DNA from: Spirochaetaceae bacterium
GTDB lineage: Bacteria > Spirochaetota > Spirochaetia > DSM-2461
Assembly: GCA_965224705.1 (NCBI GenBank)
Contig: OZ245056.1
Location: forward strand, 1,760,001 to 1,824,000
DNA: 64,000 nt
Direction of reading: 5' to 3'
Shown: positions 1-9,691 of the stretch, piece after piece
How the letters are laid out: every line of letters starts with the position of its first letter
Numbering within the stretch: the first letter of the stretch is position 1
Program-made: the position numbers and the translations under genes
The notes under the pieces: generated by a model
What the model saw: only the letters and a program-made list of their open reading frames with translations
What the model was told of the DNA's origin: nothing
The model's database searches: none

Positions 1-180
1 CAAACGCATGCACAGGGCTTTAATCATCAAACCTTCCCTGCCCACGCCGTAACAGGCAATCCGTTTTGCCTTCAGTATTTCCGCACACATGGCTTCTGCC
101 GCTTCGGTGGATATCTTTTCACAGACTTTTTTAACATCTCCCAGAGCCGAGTTCGCCATTTCTTGAAAGTTGTTTGTCAT
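1..180 (-). CDS. hxlB: 6-phospho-3-hexuloisomerase / SIS-domain sugar-phosphate isomerase, N-terminal part (runs off window edge)
   Basis: Manual translation [60 protein letters not shown] matches the PHI/SIS motif; ATG overlaps the upstream permease stop (TAATG). Confidence 0.75.
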   Translation of the reverse strand, partial: MTNNFQEMANSALGDVKKVCEKISTEAAEAMCAEILKAKRIACYGVGREGLMIKALCMRL

Positions 181-1187
181 TAGTTCTTTTTCCTCCTCTT
201 ATTTAACAGTAGCCGTGAGACAGCATCAATGGACACGGCTATTACGACCACCGAACCGCTGACTATTGTCTGCCAGTAAGAGGATACTCCCAGAAGGACG
301 ATAACATTCTGGATAACAGAAATAATCGAAACTCCAACGATAGCACCGACAGGATTGCCAATCCCTCCGGTAAGCGCCACGCCGCCGATTACCGGAGCGG
401 CTATCGAAGTCAGCAGCCAGACTTCACCGATGGAAGGCTGGGATGAACCGAGCCGCGATACCATAAGCATTCCGGCCAGAGAGCCAAGAATACCGGCGGC
501 GGCAAATGTCGCGGTACGGACAAGTTTTACCCGGACACCGACAATCTTCGCCGCTTCACGGCTGTCACCGATGGCGTAGATATAGCGTCCAAAAGTTGTA
601 TACTGGGTTAAAATGATTATGAGCACTATACTGATGAACATGACAATAAACGGTACTGGCAGCCCGAATGCCATGCCCTGGCCAAGAAACAGGATTTTCT
701 CCGGTATGTTCGTTATCGCTCTGCCGCGGGTAATAACCAGATTTATTCCCTTATATATACCAGACATGCCAATGGTAACCACCAGAGGATTCAATTCCAG
801 TGCGGAAATGATTCCTCCATTTACCGCCCCGAAAACACCGCCCAGCAGAACACAAAGAATAAAGGAAAGCACCGGGTCCATTCCTGCTTCCACCATCAGC
901 TTTCCACCGATTATCGCGGTGAGGCCGGCAATGGAGCCAATCGACAGATCAAGCTCGCCAAGAAGCAAAAGCAGCGATTGGCCAAGTGCCACCAGTCCCA
1001 CGAAGGCGATAGAACGAATAATGATGGTAATATTGTATTCAGTAAAAAAATTCCCCCGGGTTGCAGCCTGAGAGATAATCATGATAATGATCAACACCCC
1101 GATCATCCCGATAAACTGCTTTTGCCCGCCTATGTAGTTATTTCTGTTCAGGACGCTTCTTTTTATAGTGTTTAAGCTGAATTTCAT
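180..1187 (-). CDS. Monosaccharide ABC transporter permease (RbsC-like)
   Basis: Hydrophobic protein with [23 protein letters not shown] and [14 protein letters not shown] motifs. Confidence 0.93.
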   Translation of the reverse strand: MKFSLNTIKRSVLNRNNYIGGQKQFIGMIGVLIIIMIISQAATRGNFFTEYNITIIIRSIAFVGLVALGQSLLLLLGELDLSIGSIAGLTAIIGGKLMVEAGMDPVLSFILCVLLGGVFGAVNGGIISALELNPLVVTIGMSGIYKGINLVITRGRAITNIPEKILFLGQGMAFGLPVPFIVMFISIVLIIILTQYTTFGRYIYAIGDSREAAKIVGVRVKLVRTATFAAAGILGSLAGMLMVSRLGSSQPSIGEVWLLTSIAAPVIGGVALTGGIGNPVGAIVGVSIISVIQNVIVLLGVSSYWQTIVSGSVVVIAVSIDAVSRLLLNKRRKKN

Positions 1188-2677
1188 TTCGCTGCTCCAA
1201 TTATTTCCCGCATTATTACGGATTTATCGATTTCCCCGGTGTAGAATTCAGCGGTCTTTCGACCCATGTAGAAGGTGATAATACGGCTGGTACATTTTAT
1301 TATCTCATCCATTTCCGATGATACTAGAATTATGGCGATGCGCTCCTGTTCGGCAAGATTTCTGATACGGCGGTGAATTTCTGCTTTTGCTTTAACGTCT
1401 ATTCCTTTGGTGGGTTCATCAAAAATTATCAGTTTGGGCTTTCCGAAGATAGCCCGGCCAATAATAGATTTTTGTTGATTTCCCCCGCTAAGGTACATAA
1501 TTTGCTGATTCAGGCCGCTGGTTTTTACATCAAGTTTTTCAATAAGCTGCTGAGAGATGTTTTTTTCAATGCTGCGTCGGATAAAACTCAGTTTTGAGGT
1601 TGCTTTGAATAAGGCAATGCCAAGATTATGCTGCACGCTCTGGGAAGGAAATATCCCCTGTTGTTTGCGTTCTTCAGGCAGATAGACAATCCCTGAACGC
1701 AGCGCATTAGGCGGACTTGATTTGTACTTTTTCCCCTTGAATTCAATGCTGCCGGAATCGTATTTCAAATAGCCCAGTATTGACTGCATCAGTTCACTGC
1801 GTCCGGCACCGATTAACCCGGCAAACCCGAGAACCTCCCCTTCGCGAATCTCGAAACTCACATCGGAAAACCTGATTCCGTCAAGATGCTGAACTTTCAT
1901 AACCACATCGCCACCGGGAACAGTCGGACGAAATACTTCATCAATATCAATTTCTTCCCCTGACATTTTCGTGACAATCCACTTGCTGTCCACCTGTTCA
2001 ATTGGCAGTTCCCCTACCAGGCAGCCATTGCGCAGTATGGACACATGAGTGCCGATGGCGAACATTTCTTCCAGCTTGTGGGATATAAAAATGATTGTCT
2101 TTCCTTCGCTTTGAAGCCGTTTAACGATTCTAAACAGCACCTCTATTTCTAAATTGGTGAGCGATGTGGTTGGTTCATCCATGATGAGAACTTTGTAGCC
2201 GGTTTGGGTTTCGGCTCTGGCAATTTGTAAAAGCTGCTGGTGCGCGATGGAGATATTTCGTACCATTTCCTGCGGGTTCACATTGATGTGGAATTCCGCC
2301 AGCCGTTCCTTTGCCCGCTGATTCATCATTTTCTTTGAGACAAAAGGCCCTTTCATGCCGCTTTTATTAAACGGCATGAAAAGGTTTTCCGCGACAGTCA
2401 TATTGGGAAACAGATCAATCTCCTGAGGGACGCAGGCAATCAAATCATGGACAGCCCGGTGAGCTGAAACATCCCGGCCATCAATTAGAATCCTGCCTTT
2501 GTCAGATTTGTAAAACCCGGTTAGGACTCTTACCAACGTACTCTTTCCGGCACCGTTTTCACCTATGATGCAGTGAACACTCCCCGCACGGACTTTCAGA
2601 TTTATATCATCCAGTGCGATAACTCCCGGAAAACTCTTGGTCAGATTAAAAACTTCAATTACAAATTGCTGATCCAT
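1184..2677 (-). CDS. Monosaccharide ABC transporter ATP-binding protein (RbsA-like, two ABC domains)
   Basis: GENGAGKST Walker A, MDEPT, LSGGNQQK, FDEPTKG; start trimmed to MDQQ to avoid overlap with the upstream gene. Confidence 0.93.
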   Translation of the reverse strand: MDQQFVIEVFNLTKSFPGVIALDDINLKVRAGSVHCIIGENGAGKSTLVRVLTGFYKSDKGRILIDGRDVSAHRAVHDLIACVPQEIDLFPNMTVAENLFMPFNKSGMKGPFVSKKMMNQRAKERLAEFHINVNPQEMVRNISIAHQQLLQIARAETQTGYKVLIMDEPTTSLTNLEIEVLFRIVKRLQSEGKTIIFISHKLEEMFAIGTHVSILRNGCLVGELPIEQVDSKWIVTKMSGEEIDIDEVFRPTVPGGDVVMKVQHLDGIRFSDVSFEIREGEVLGFAGLIGAGRSELMQSILGYLKYDSGSIEFKGKKYKSSPPNALRSGIVYLPEERKQQGIFPSQSVQHNLGIALFKATSKLSFIRRSIEKNISQQLIEKLDVKTSGLNQQIMYLSGGNQQKSIIGRAIFGKPKLIIFDEPTKGIDVKAKAEIHRRIRNLAEQERIAIILVSSEMDEIIKCTSRIITFYMGRKTAEFYTGEIDKSVIMREIIGAAK

Positions 2678-2736
2678 TATGCAATAATTTCTGTCCTCTG
2701 GTATGATCTCAAAGATACTGAGAGATTCTCCGCGGT

Positions 2737-3720
2737 TTAGAAGCCAACATAATTGGGATCCGCCGCCAATTCCGTTGTTAACAAACCAATACCCGTATCG
2801 ATAACTCTTGGTGAGGGCTGGCCTATTGCCTGCTGCCATAATGCGAGAACGGAATACTGCCCCTGCATGAGCGGTTTTGTACAGGCTGAAAATTGCATTA
2901 TGCCTTCATTCATCAATTGAATCATTGGCGGCAGATCTTCCAGGCCGATTAGCAGAACCTCGCCCGCTTTACCGGCTTCGCGGATAGCTGAGCCGATACC
3001 GATGGGACCGGCCGCATCACTGGTAACAAAGCCGTTAAGATCGGGATGGGCGGACAGAATGGAAGCCGCCTGCTCCTGAGCCTGCTCAATACTGTCATTT
3101 GCGATGCCTTCGGCAACAACTTCAATATCGGGATATTTCGCAAATACAGCACGGTGCGATTCGGTGCGAATCCTGTGATTCGGTGCTGTCGGCACACCCT
3201 GCATAATGGCCACTTTCCCCTTGTAATCAATCATCTCTGCGAGTCTTTCCGAAGCGTAGGCCGCCTGCTCCGCGAAGTCGTTATTCACTTCTGTAAGGTT
3301 CATGCCCGGAGGGGAAACAGAGTCAAAAATAACCACAGGGATGCCCCGCGAAATAGCTTCTTCCAGCAGCACCCGGTTTCCATCCGGATCGAGCAAATCA
3401 ATGAAGATTCCATCGGGGTTGGTTGCAATAGTTCTCTCGATAATCTCATTTTGTTGAACAACATCGGCGTTTTCCGGAGCACGATACTCTACTTCAACAA
3501 TATCACCCGTTTCTTCCGAAAGACGCTCTGCTGCGGCAATCGCACCTTTCTCCACCTGATCAAACCAGGGATGAACAACCTTCGAAATCATGACGAACCG
3601 GAAAGTTCGCTGAGTTTCGGCTGTCTGATCCGTCTTCTCTGCTTCTTCCTGAGCAGTACAGGCTGCGAAAAGGATACTGAACAGCAACAAAACGACAATG
3701 CTGGGCACAAGTTTTTTCAT
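2737..3720 (-). CDS. Sugar ABC transporter substrate-binding lipoprotein (RbsB-like)
   Basis: Signal peptide with lipobox LFAAC, HPWF motif, periplasmic binding protein pattern; GAGGAGG RBS. Confidence 0.92.
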   Translation of the reverse strand: MKKLVPSIVVLLLFSILFAACTAQEEAEKTDQTAETQRTFRFVMISKVVHPWFDQVEKGAIAAAERLSEETGDIVEVEYRAPENADVVQQNEIIERTIATNPDGIFIDLLDPDGNRVLLEEAISRGIPVVIFDSVSPPGMNLTEVNNDFAEQAAYASERLAEMIDYKGKVAIMQGVPTAPNHRIRTESHRAVFAKYPDIEVVAEGIANDSIEQAQEQAASILSAHPDLNGFVTSDAAGPIGIGSAIREAGKAGEVLLIGLEDLPPMIQLMNEGIMQFSACTKPLMQGQYSVLALWQQAIGQPSPRVIDTGIGLLTTELAADPNYVGF

Positions 3721-3779
3721 GAATTACCTCCTCAATGAAAATTAGTGCTATTGAGAAATAATCTCAAACCCATAATGGC

Positions 3780-3808
3780 TTTATAGTATACACAGTTCAT
3801 TTAGTCAA
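3780..3808 (-). promoter_or_regulatory. Putative sigma70 promoter of the ABC/hxlB operon
   Basis: TTGACT-17 nt-TATAAA on the minus strand. Confidence 0.5.
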
Positions 3809-3817
3809 GCTGTTTTG

Positions 3818-3829
3818 CCCCCCCCCCCC
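3818..3829. repeat. C12 homopolymer tract
   Basis: Directly visible run of 12 C just upstream of the -35 element. Confidence 0.9.
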
Positions 3830-4025
3830 ATCTTACAGCACCGAACTTATGTGGAATGCCTCTTTCCCGTCATTATATCGCACGTTGGACGGATTTTATG
3901 GGAACAATAATGGATACAGATTCAAAGGCAGCCCGAAGGAAAAAGAAAAATCTGGTGAGAAAATTAAAAGAGGAATCAAACAAAATACAAAAATCGGAAA
4001 AAACATCGGGAGGGCACTCGTATTG

Positions 4026-4248
4026 AGTGTCAGGAAGCTTGTAGGGATGAGTAGAGACAGCTTTTTCAAAAATAATATATTGTTAATAAAGTAATTACAA
4101 TGGGTTTTGACCGGTGCGGATTTTTAACGATCAGCATGGTTCTTTTATCAAATCATAACCATAAACATATAAGAACAATTACATCAGGTAGAAAACGCCT
4201 CCTTACCTAAGTACAATGCAAGCAGACATCTACAAGCTTTCGGACACT
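4026..4248. mobile_element. MITE-like element, family B, copy 1
   Basis: Terminal inverted repeats AGTGTCAGGAAGCTTGTAG ... CTACAAGCTTTCGGACACT (2 mismatches); a second element with the same ends lies at 56965-57182. Confidence 0.7.
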
Positions 4249-4316
4249 ACGTAAGCATAAAAAACAGCCATGATTCAAACATTAGAGGTGTTTTCTGATG
4301 GACAATATGCTAGACT

Positions 4317-5255
4317 GTGGGCGTGATCGTTACAATTATCGTTCCCTGTTTCAATGAAGAAGAAGTCATCACGGCCACATGCAGCCGATTATCCGATATG
4401 GCCAGGGGTGTAGACTGGAATGCGGAGTTCCTGTTTGTCAACGATGGGAGCCGGGATCGGACTTTAGAACTGCTTAGAGAGCAATGTGCACTAGACACAA
4501 GGTTCAAAATTGTCAGTTTCTCCCGGAATTTTGGACACCAGTCTGCGGTCAGTGCCGGATTAAAATACGCTTCGGGAGATGCGGCCGTCATTATCGATGC
4601 CGATCTTCAGGATCCGCCGGAACTTATCCCCGAGATGGTGAAAAAATGGCAGGCGGGCGAAGGCGACATTGTCTTCGGTCAGCGAACCGTTCGGAAGGGA
4701 GAGTCCGTATTCAAGAGAGTCAGCGCGAAGCTGTTTTACCGGATACTCAACCGGCTTGCCGATACATCAATTCCCAATGATACCGGGGACTTTCGCCTGG
4801 TTGACAGGAAGGTTGTCGATGCTTTCAACAATCTACCTGAGCGAAACAAATACATCAGAGGCCTGTTCCCCTGGCTCGGTTTCAAATCGGTGCCTATTGA
4901 ATATGAACGGGATCCACGGCTGGCCGGGGAAACAAAGTATCCTCTGACGAAGATGATCCGATTTGCCTCCGATGGATTCCTTTCCTTCAGCCGTAAACCT
5001 CTGAAGATGGCCACTGGATTCGGAATTGCCAATATAATTATCTCGCTTGCCCTTGTGGTTTGTGTCTTTGCCGCTTACCTTTCGGGCTTGATTGTAGCGG
5101 TTTCGGACTGGATTTTGATTCTTCTGATCGTTATTTTCTTCAGCGGTGTGCAGCTTCTCTGCATCGGAGTTCTGGGGTCATACATCGGACGGATATTTGA
5201 TGAAGTTAAGGGACGGCCGGAGTTCGTTGTCGATGAAACTCTTGGATTGGAATAG
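4317..5255 (+). CDS. GT2 polyprenol-phosphate glycosyltransferase (GtrB/YkoT-like)
   Basis: IVPCFNEEE, VNDGSRD, FSRNFGHQ, IDADLQDPP motifs and two C-terminal TM helices; true start may be GTG at 4323. Confidence 0.92.
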   Translation: MGVIVTIIVPCFNEEEVITATCSRLSDMARGVDWNAEFLFVNDGSRDRTLELLREQCALDTRFKIVSFSRNFGHQSAVSAGLKYASGDAAVIIDADLQDPPELIPEMVKKWQAGEGDIVFGQRTVRKGESVFKRVSAKLFYRILNRLADTSIPNDTGDFRLVDRKVVDAFNNLPERNKYIRGLFPWLGFKSVPIEYERDPRLAGETKYPLTKMIRFASDGFLSFSRKPLKMATGFGIANIIISLALVVCVFAAYLSGLIVAVSDWILILLIVIFFSGVQLLCIGVLGSYIGRIFDEVKGRPEFVVDETLGLE

Positions 5256-5269
5256 GAGATGGATAATAC

Positions 5270-6643
5270 ATGAAACTGCAGAGCGATCGCTGGTTCAAAC
5301 CGATCTGGATTTTTTACGCTGTCATCCTTGTGCTTCTCTATACAGTTTTCTTTGATTCATATCTGAATGAATATCTGGATAATGCCTGGACTCTCTCCTG
5401 GGCTCACGGATGGTGGACGGATGGCGAGGTCTATGATCAGGTCTTCGGACATATCAAAGGAGACGGAGGAACATCCCTTTTCAGCCGGTCATTTGTATTT
5501 GTCTACGGCGGGCTTGCACAGGTTTTCGGATGGAGCCGGGGTGTCGGAATTATTATCTCCTCACTGTTCACTATCGGAACGGCAGTACTCTGGTATCGTA
5601 TTGTCCGGAATCTGGGATATCGCAAACAGGCCGCAGTCAGTTTTGCCCTGATCTTGCTTCTTCTTGAGATTTTCTATGCCAACGGGCACAAGATCCGGGT
5701 GGATGCCATGGGATTATTCCTGGATAGTCTGGCCCTTCTTCTTTTTATCAGGCACAGGTATCTGCTCGCAGGATTGGTCCTTGGCATTGCCTTTGAGAGT
5801 CATCCCTTCGCCATGGCCGCAGGTTTCTGGATGCTGGCATATCTGTGGACTTTTCGGAAAGATGTACAGAAGGACTGGAAAATCTGGTTTAAAAGGGCCG
5901 GGTTGTTCTTTGCGGGGCTGAGCATTGGATTTTTGTACTGGTGGCTTCTGCACCATAAGTACTTAGGAAACACTGGAGTTGGTGAACGTTTGAACGGCAA
6001 CGCACTCTGGGAATACTTTTTCGTGAAGCGGTATTCCTGGAGGCACTGGCCGGAACTGGTCATGATTTTAGCGGGAACAACTGTATTTATTGTAAAAAAA
6101 TCCTGGAAGAAACATCCGTTCATCCTGCCGTTTATGATCGCTTCCCTATTGGTTACTTTCATAATACCCCGGGCGAATTTTCACTATACCGCTTATGTCT
6201 ATCTCTCTTTTGTGCTGCTTCTGATTGTTGCCGCCGAGGATTTCAAAATACTTCCATGGCTGCTGGCGGGTATTTTCCTCTTCCAGGTTCCCCAATACGG
6301 CTGGCTGTTCTGGACACAGAAGGGATATAACCAGCGTGAGTACATGGCCGAACTGCAGGCCAGAGTTCCAAAGGAACCGGAAACGATCTATGGGAATCCG
6401 GGTTCCTGGTTTGCCTTTCAGGACCGTGATTACAGAGCCTACGGATATTATGAGAGAGCCGGGATTCCGCAGGAAGAATGGCCGAAAGCGTTTCTGACAA
6501 TAGTCACCAAAGATATTGTCCGATGGGGAGGAATGAATACTTATTCGGAAATGACTCACAGGTACAGCACAACCCTCCTCGACGAATGGACCGACTGGGA
6601 GGGAAAACCCGTAAGGCTGCTGCTTCATGAGCGAATCGATTGA
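5270..6643 (+). CDS. Polytopic membrane protein, probable GT-C-fold glycosyltransferase (GtrC role)
   Basis: About 10 TM segments, acidic residues in the first external loop (YLDNAW), RVD motif; sits between gtrB- and gtrA-like genes. Confidence 0.6.
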   Translation: MKLQSDRWFKPIWIFYAVILVLLYTVFFDSYLNEYLDNAWTLSWAHGWWTDGEVYDQVFGHIKGDGGTSLFSRSFVFVYGGLAQVFGWSRGVGIIISSLFTIGTAVLWYRIVRNLGYRKQAAVSFALILLLLEIFYANGHKIRVDAMGLFLDSLALLLFIRHRYLLAGLVLGIAFESHPFAMAAGFWMLAYLWTFRKDVQKDWKIWFKRAGLFFAGLSIGFLYWWLLHHKYLGNTGVGERLNGNALWEYFFVKRYSWRHWPELVMILAGTTVFIVKKSWKKHPFILPFMIASLLVTFIIPRANFHYTAYVYLSFVLLLIVAAEDFKILPWLLAGIFLFQVPQYGWLFWTQKGYNQREYMAELQARVPKEPETIYGNPGSWFAFQDRDYRAYGYYERAGIPQEEWPKAFLTIVTKDIVRWGGMNTYSEMTHRYSTTLLDEWTDWEGKPVRLLLHERID

Positions 6644-7088
6644 TACCGCTGAGTCCCGTAAGGGGCATCATTTTTTTTTCCGCGAATTCTGGACAATGTT
6701 CCGCTACGGTCTTGTGGGCTTTGCCAATACCGGTGTGTTTGCCCTGGCCGCCTGGCTGCTTGAAAAGACCGGTTGGCATTATACGGCCTATACGGCTCTG
6801 GCCTACGCCATCGCAATTCTGTTCAGCTTCACGATGAACACGCTCTTCACATTCAGGAAATCGGGTAATCCTCTGCTTCCTATGTTCACAAAGTTCATCA
6901 TTACGACCCTGAGTCTGCTGGGCCTGGTACAGTTAATACAGCTGGTTCTAATAGAAAAGGCGGGTTGGCAGGAACTGGCCGGCATCATCGCCGGGATGGT
7001 GTTCTACACAGGAGTCGGGTACACTATCAATCGGATCTGGGTCTTCCGGATCGCAGGACCGAAGGACCAGGAGTCTGTCGGAGCTTAA
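6627..7088 (+). CDS. GtrA-family flippase
   Basis: FRYGLVGFANT, SFTMNTLFTFR and INRIWVF motifs; 4 TM. Confidence 0.85.
   Translation: MSESIDTAESRKGHHFFFREFWTMFRYGLVGFANTGVFALAAWLLEKTGWHYTAYTALAYAIAILFSFTMNTLFTFRKSGNPLLPMFTKFIITTLSLLGLVQLIQLVLIEKAGWQELAGIIAGMVFYTGVGYTINRIWVFRIAGPKDQESVGA
7068..7086 (+). repeat. Family A repeat end (CAGGAGTCTGTCGGA), overlapping the last codons of gtrA
   Basis: Matches copies at 18027, 33623, 38377, 49416 and 56884. Confidence 0.65.
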
Positions 7089-7304
7089 GTCAGAACTCGT
7101 CTTTGACCCTTAATACGGCACCTAAAAAGCCGCTTAAAATGCTCATGGAGTGCGCTATGAAAACTCGTAGGGAGGGGAGGTCAGAAAAATAGAATTTTAG
7201 TTACAGAAACTTCTTTTACAACCTGATGGATATCAATCCCATCTGTTAGGAGTACTGGCAATGCAGGCAGAAGCAGTCCTGCATGTGTTATCGTAAAATA
7301 CTAC

Positions 7305-7352
7305 TGGACAAATCGCCCAGGTAGATTTAATATGCTTATAGACATCTAGAAG
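7305..7352 (+). promoter_or_regulatory. Putative promoter and palindromic GntR operator
   Basis: TGGACA-17-TAATAT followed by the imperfect palindrome CTTATAGACATCTAGAAG (7335-7352). Confidence 0.5.
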
Positions 7353-7377
7353 ACTATATTTCTATAAGAGGTGCGGG

Positions 7378-8181
7378 ATGGGAAGGCAGTTACGATATCT
7401 GGAGATTGCGCAAACTCTGAAGGACAGGATCCGAACGGGGAGGTATCCGCATGGGGAATGCCTTCCCAGCCAGAGAGAGCTGGCGAAAATTTTTACAACT
7501 TCCCTCATGACTGCCCGACAGGCTTTGGCGGTTCTCGAAGAAGAGGGAATTATCAAAGTGGTGCATGGCTTAGGTACCTTTGTTTCCGCCCCGGAGATAC
7601 ACTCTGATGATATCAGCCTCCAGGGGTTCCAGAACGAAATGGACCAGCACAGGACAAAAATCATCAATAAGACCATTGGCAAGGAGTACGGTCTTTCCGA
7701 TCCTCTCCTTGATGCCGTTTTTAGGGGCACAGACATGCGGTTCTCTCGTCTCTCCTGTCTCCGCATGCTGGACGATACTCCTGTTATCCTCCAGCGTTCC
7801 TATGTGGAGGGGGATGAATACAAGCGGGTGATTGAGGAATACCAGGAGGATCAGTCCCTCTATCAACTGTTCATTGAGAGAACCGCGGTTATGATCACAC
7901 TGGGCAGGGAGATTGTCAGTTCCGTACTGCTGGAGGGTGAGGAGCTGAAGCTGCTTGGACTTAATACCCCCTGTACCGCTTTTAGATCGAGAAGAATCAG
8001 CATCAGTCTGGATGCCCGGGTGGTCCTCTACGATGAGGCGTATCTTCCCGGTCAGTACATCATTATGGCCTCAAGCAGGCAGGGTAAAAATAATAGATTC
8101 AAGTACATCATCAACAGGGATGGAATCTCAAACTCCACGAGAAGCTTCAACGATCCGGATTTATGGGAAGATTTGATTTAG
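7378..8181 (+). CDS. GntR family regulator, HutC/UTRA subfamily
   Basis: N-terminal wHTH (LPSQRELAKIFTTSLMTARQAL..EEG...GLGTFV) plus UTRA-like C-terminus. Confidence 0.9.
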   Translation: MGRQLRYLEIAQTLKDRIRTGRYPHGECLPSQRELAKIFTTSLMTARQALAVLEEEGIIKVVHGLGTFVSAPEIHSDDISLQGFQNEMDQHRTKIINKTIGKEYGLSDPLLDAVFRGTDMRFSRLSCLRMLDDTPVILQRSYVEGDEYKRVIEEYQEDQSLYQLFIERTAVMITLGREIVSSVLLEGEELKLLGLNTPCTAFRSRRISISLDARVVLYDEAYLPGQYIIMASSRQGKNNRFKYIINRDGISNSTRSFNDPDLWEDLI

Positions 8182-8182
8182 T

Positions 8183-9691
8183 ATGCAGAATGCGAGTGCA
8201 CTGAAGGTTACCAATCTCAAGAAGGGATACCCGGGAGTTCAGGCCCTGAAAGGAGTGGATCTTTCTTTTCTGAAAGGGGAAGTGCATGGCCTCATCGGGG
8301 AGAACGGTGCAGGAAAATCGACCCTTATCAAAATTTTGGCGGGGATTGTCGAATCCGATTCGGGAACGGTCCATGTAGACGGAAAGATCGTGGAGATTAA
8401 GAATAGCAAGGATGCCTCCCGGGCGGAGCTCTGCTTCATACACCAGGAGCTTAACCTGGTTACCTACTTTAACGCCGTGGAGAACATCTTCTTAGGGCAT
8501 GACTACCCCCGCCGCATCGGCCCCCTGGTAGACTGGAAGAGATTGAATAAGAAAACCAGAGCAATCCTGAAACAGCTGCAAATGGAGATTCCCCTAAACC
8601 TTCCGGTGAGTTATCTCTCCGCAGTGGACAGAGCAATGGTGGCCATTGCCCGGGCATTCGCCGTTTCTGGCGAGGTCTACTTCATGGACGAACCGGCCAC
8701 CGCCCTGACGGACGTCGAGAAGGAGAAACTCTTTGCGGTGATCAAAAATCTAAAAAATCAGGGAAAGACGGTGGTTTATGTCTCCCATAATCTGGACGAT
8801 GTGCTTTGCATAACCGATCGTATCACGGTGATGCGGGACGGCACCGTGGTGGAGTGCAAATCCACATCGGAAATGACTAAAGACAGTCTGATCTCAGCGA
8901 TGATCGGAAGGAATCTGGAATCTGCCTTCCCGGAAAAAGATTACAAAACCGGCGAGGTTGTCTTTCGGGCCGATGGTATCTGCAGCTCTGCCGTTGAAGA
9001 GGTCAGTTTTGAAATCCGTTCTGGTGAAATTCTGGGAATCGGAGGTCTTGTCGGTTCGGGCCGGACCGAACTTCTGGAACTGCTCTTTGGTGTAACTCCT
9101 CTAAGCAAAGGAAGAATGTGGCTGGACGGAAGGAAGTACAAACCCGTCGCCCCCGGAAAGGCTATCGACAGGGGAGTCAGCCTGGTTCCGGAGGAGAGGA
9201 GAAAGCAGGGCTTGGTGTTACGCCGATCGATCTACGAGAACATCTCCCTCATGTTCCTGAATCAGTTGGCAAGGGGTGGATTTCTGAACCACCGTGAGCT
9301 AAAGACGGTTTCGAAAGAGGCGGGCAGGCAGGTACGGCTTAAAACGGCGAACTACAGCAACCATGTGGGAACTCTCTCGGGAGGGAATCAGCAGAAGGTG
9401 GTCTTCGCCAAAACGCTGCTTAAACCACCGCGGCTTCTTCTTTTAGATGAACCTTCCAAAGGTGTGGATGTGGGGGCGCGATTCGAGATTTATTCGATTA
9501 TCAGGGATCTGGCCGCACGGGGAACCGCCGTCATAGTGGTGAGTTCCGACTCCAATGAAATCCTCGGTCTGGCGGATAGAATTCTCTTTCTTAGAGAGGG
9601 AAAACAGAGCCGGATAATGAGGAACAGAGGCATGGATCAGGAGTACTATTTGAATTACTGCTATGGGAAAGAGAAGAATGACCAGAAATAA
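8183..9691 (+). CDS. Monosaccharide ABC transporter ATP-binding protein
   Basis: GENGAGKST, MDEPA, LSGGNQQK, LDEPSKG. Confidence 0.94.
   Translation: MQNASALKVTNLKKGYPGVQALKGVDLSFLKGEVHGLIGENGAGKSTLIKILAGIVESDSGTVHVDGKIVEIKNSKDASRAELCFIHQELNLVTYFNAVENIFLGHDYPRRIGPLVDWKRLNKKTRAILKQLQMEIPLNLPVSYLSAVDRAMVAIARAFAVSGEVYFMDEPATALTDVEKEKLFAVIKNLKNQGKTVVYVSHNLDDVLCITDRITVMRDGTVVECKSTSEMTKDSLISAMIGRNLESAFPEKDYKTGEVVFRADGICSSAVEEVSFEIRSGEILGIGGLVGSGRTELLELLFGVTPLSKGRMWLDGRKYKPVAPGKAIDRGVSLVPEERRKQGLVLRRSIYENISLMFLNQLARGGFLNHRELKTVSKEAGRQVRLKTANYSNHVGTLSGGNQQKVVFAKTLLKPPRLLLLDEPSKGVDVGARFEIYSIIRDLAARGTAVIVVSSDSNEILGLADRILFLREGKQSRIMRNRGMDQEYYLNYCYGKEKNDQK

Noticed and set aside
2678..2839. N-terminal extensions in the ORF track (also trpA, trpB, KAP, antitoxin, dctP)
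   Set aside because: They overlap upstream genes or precede clear RBS-linked starts
3849..4094. 81-aa Lys-rich ORF
   Set aside because: Runs into the MITE and has no recognisable domain or RBS
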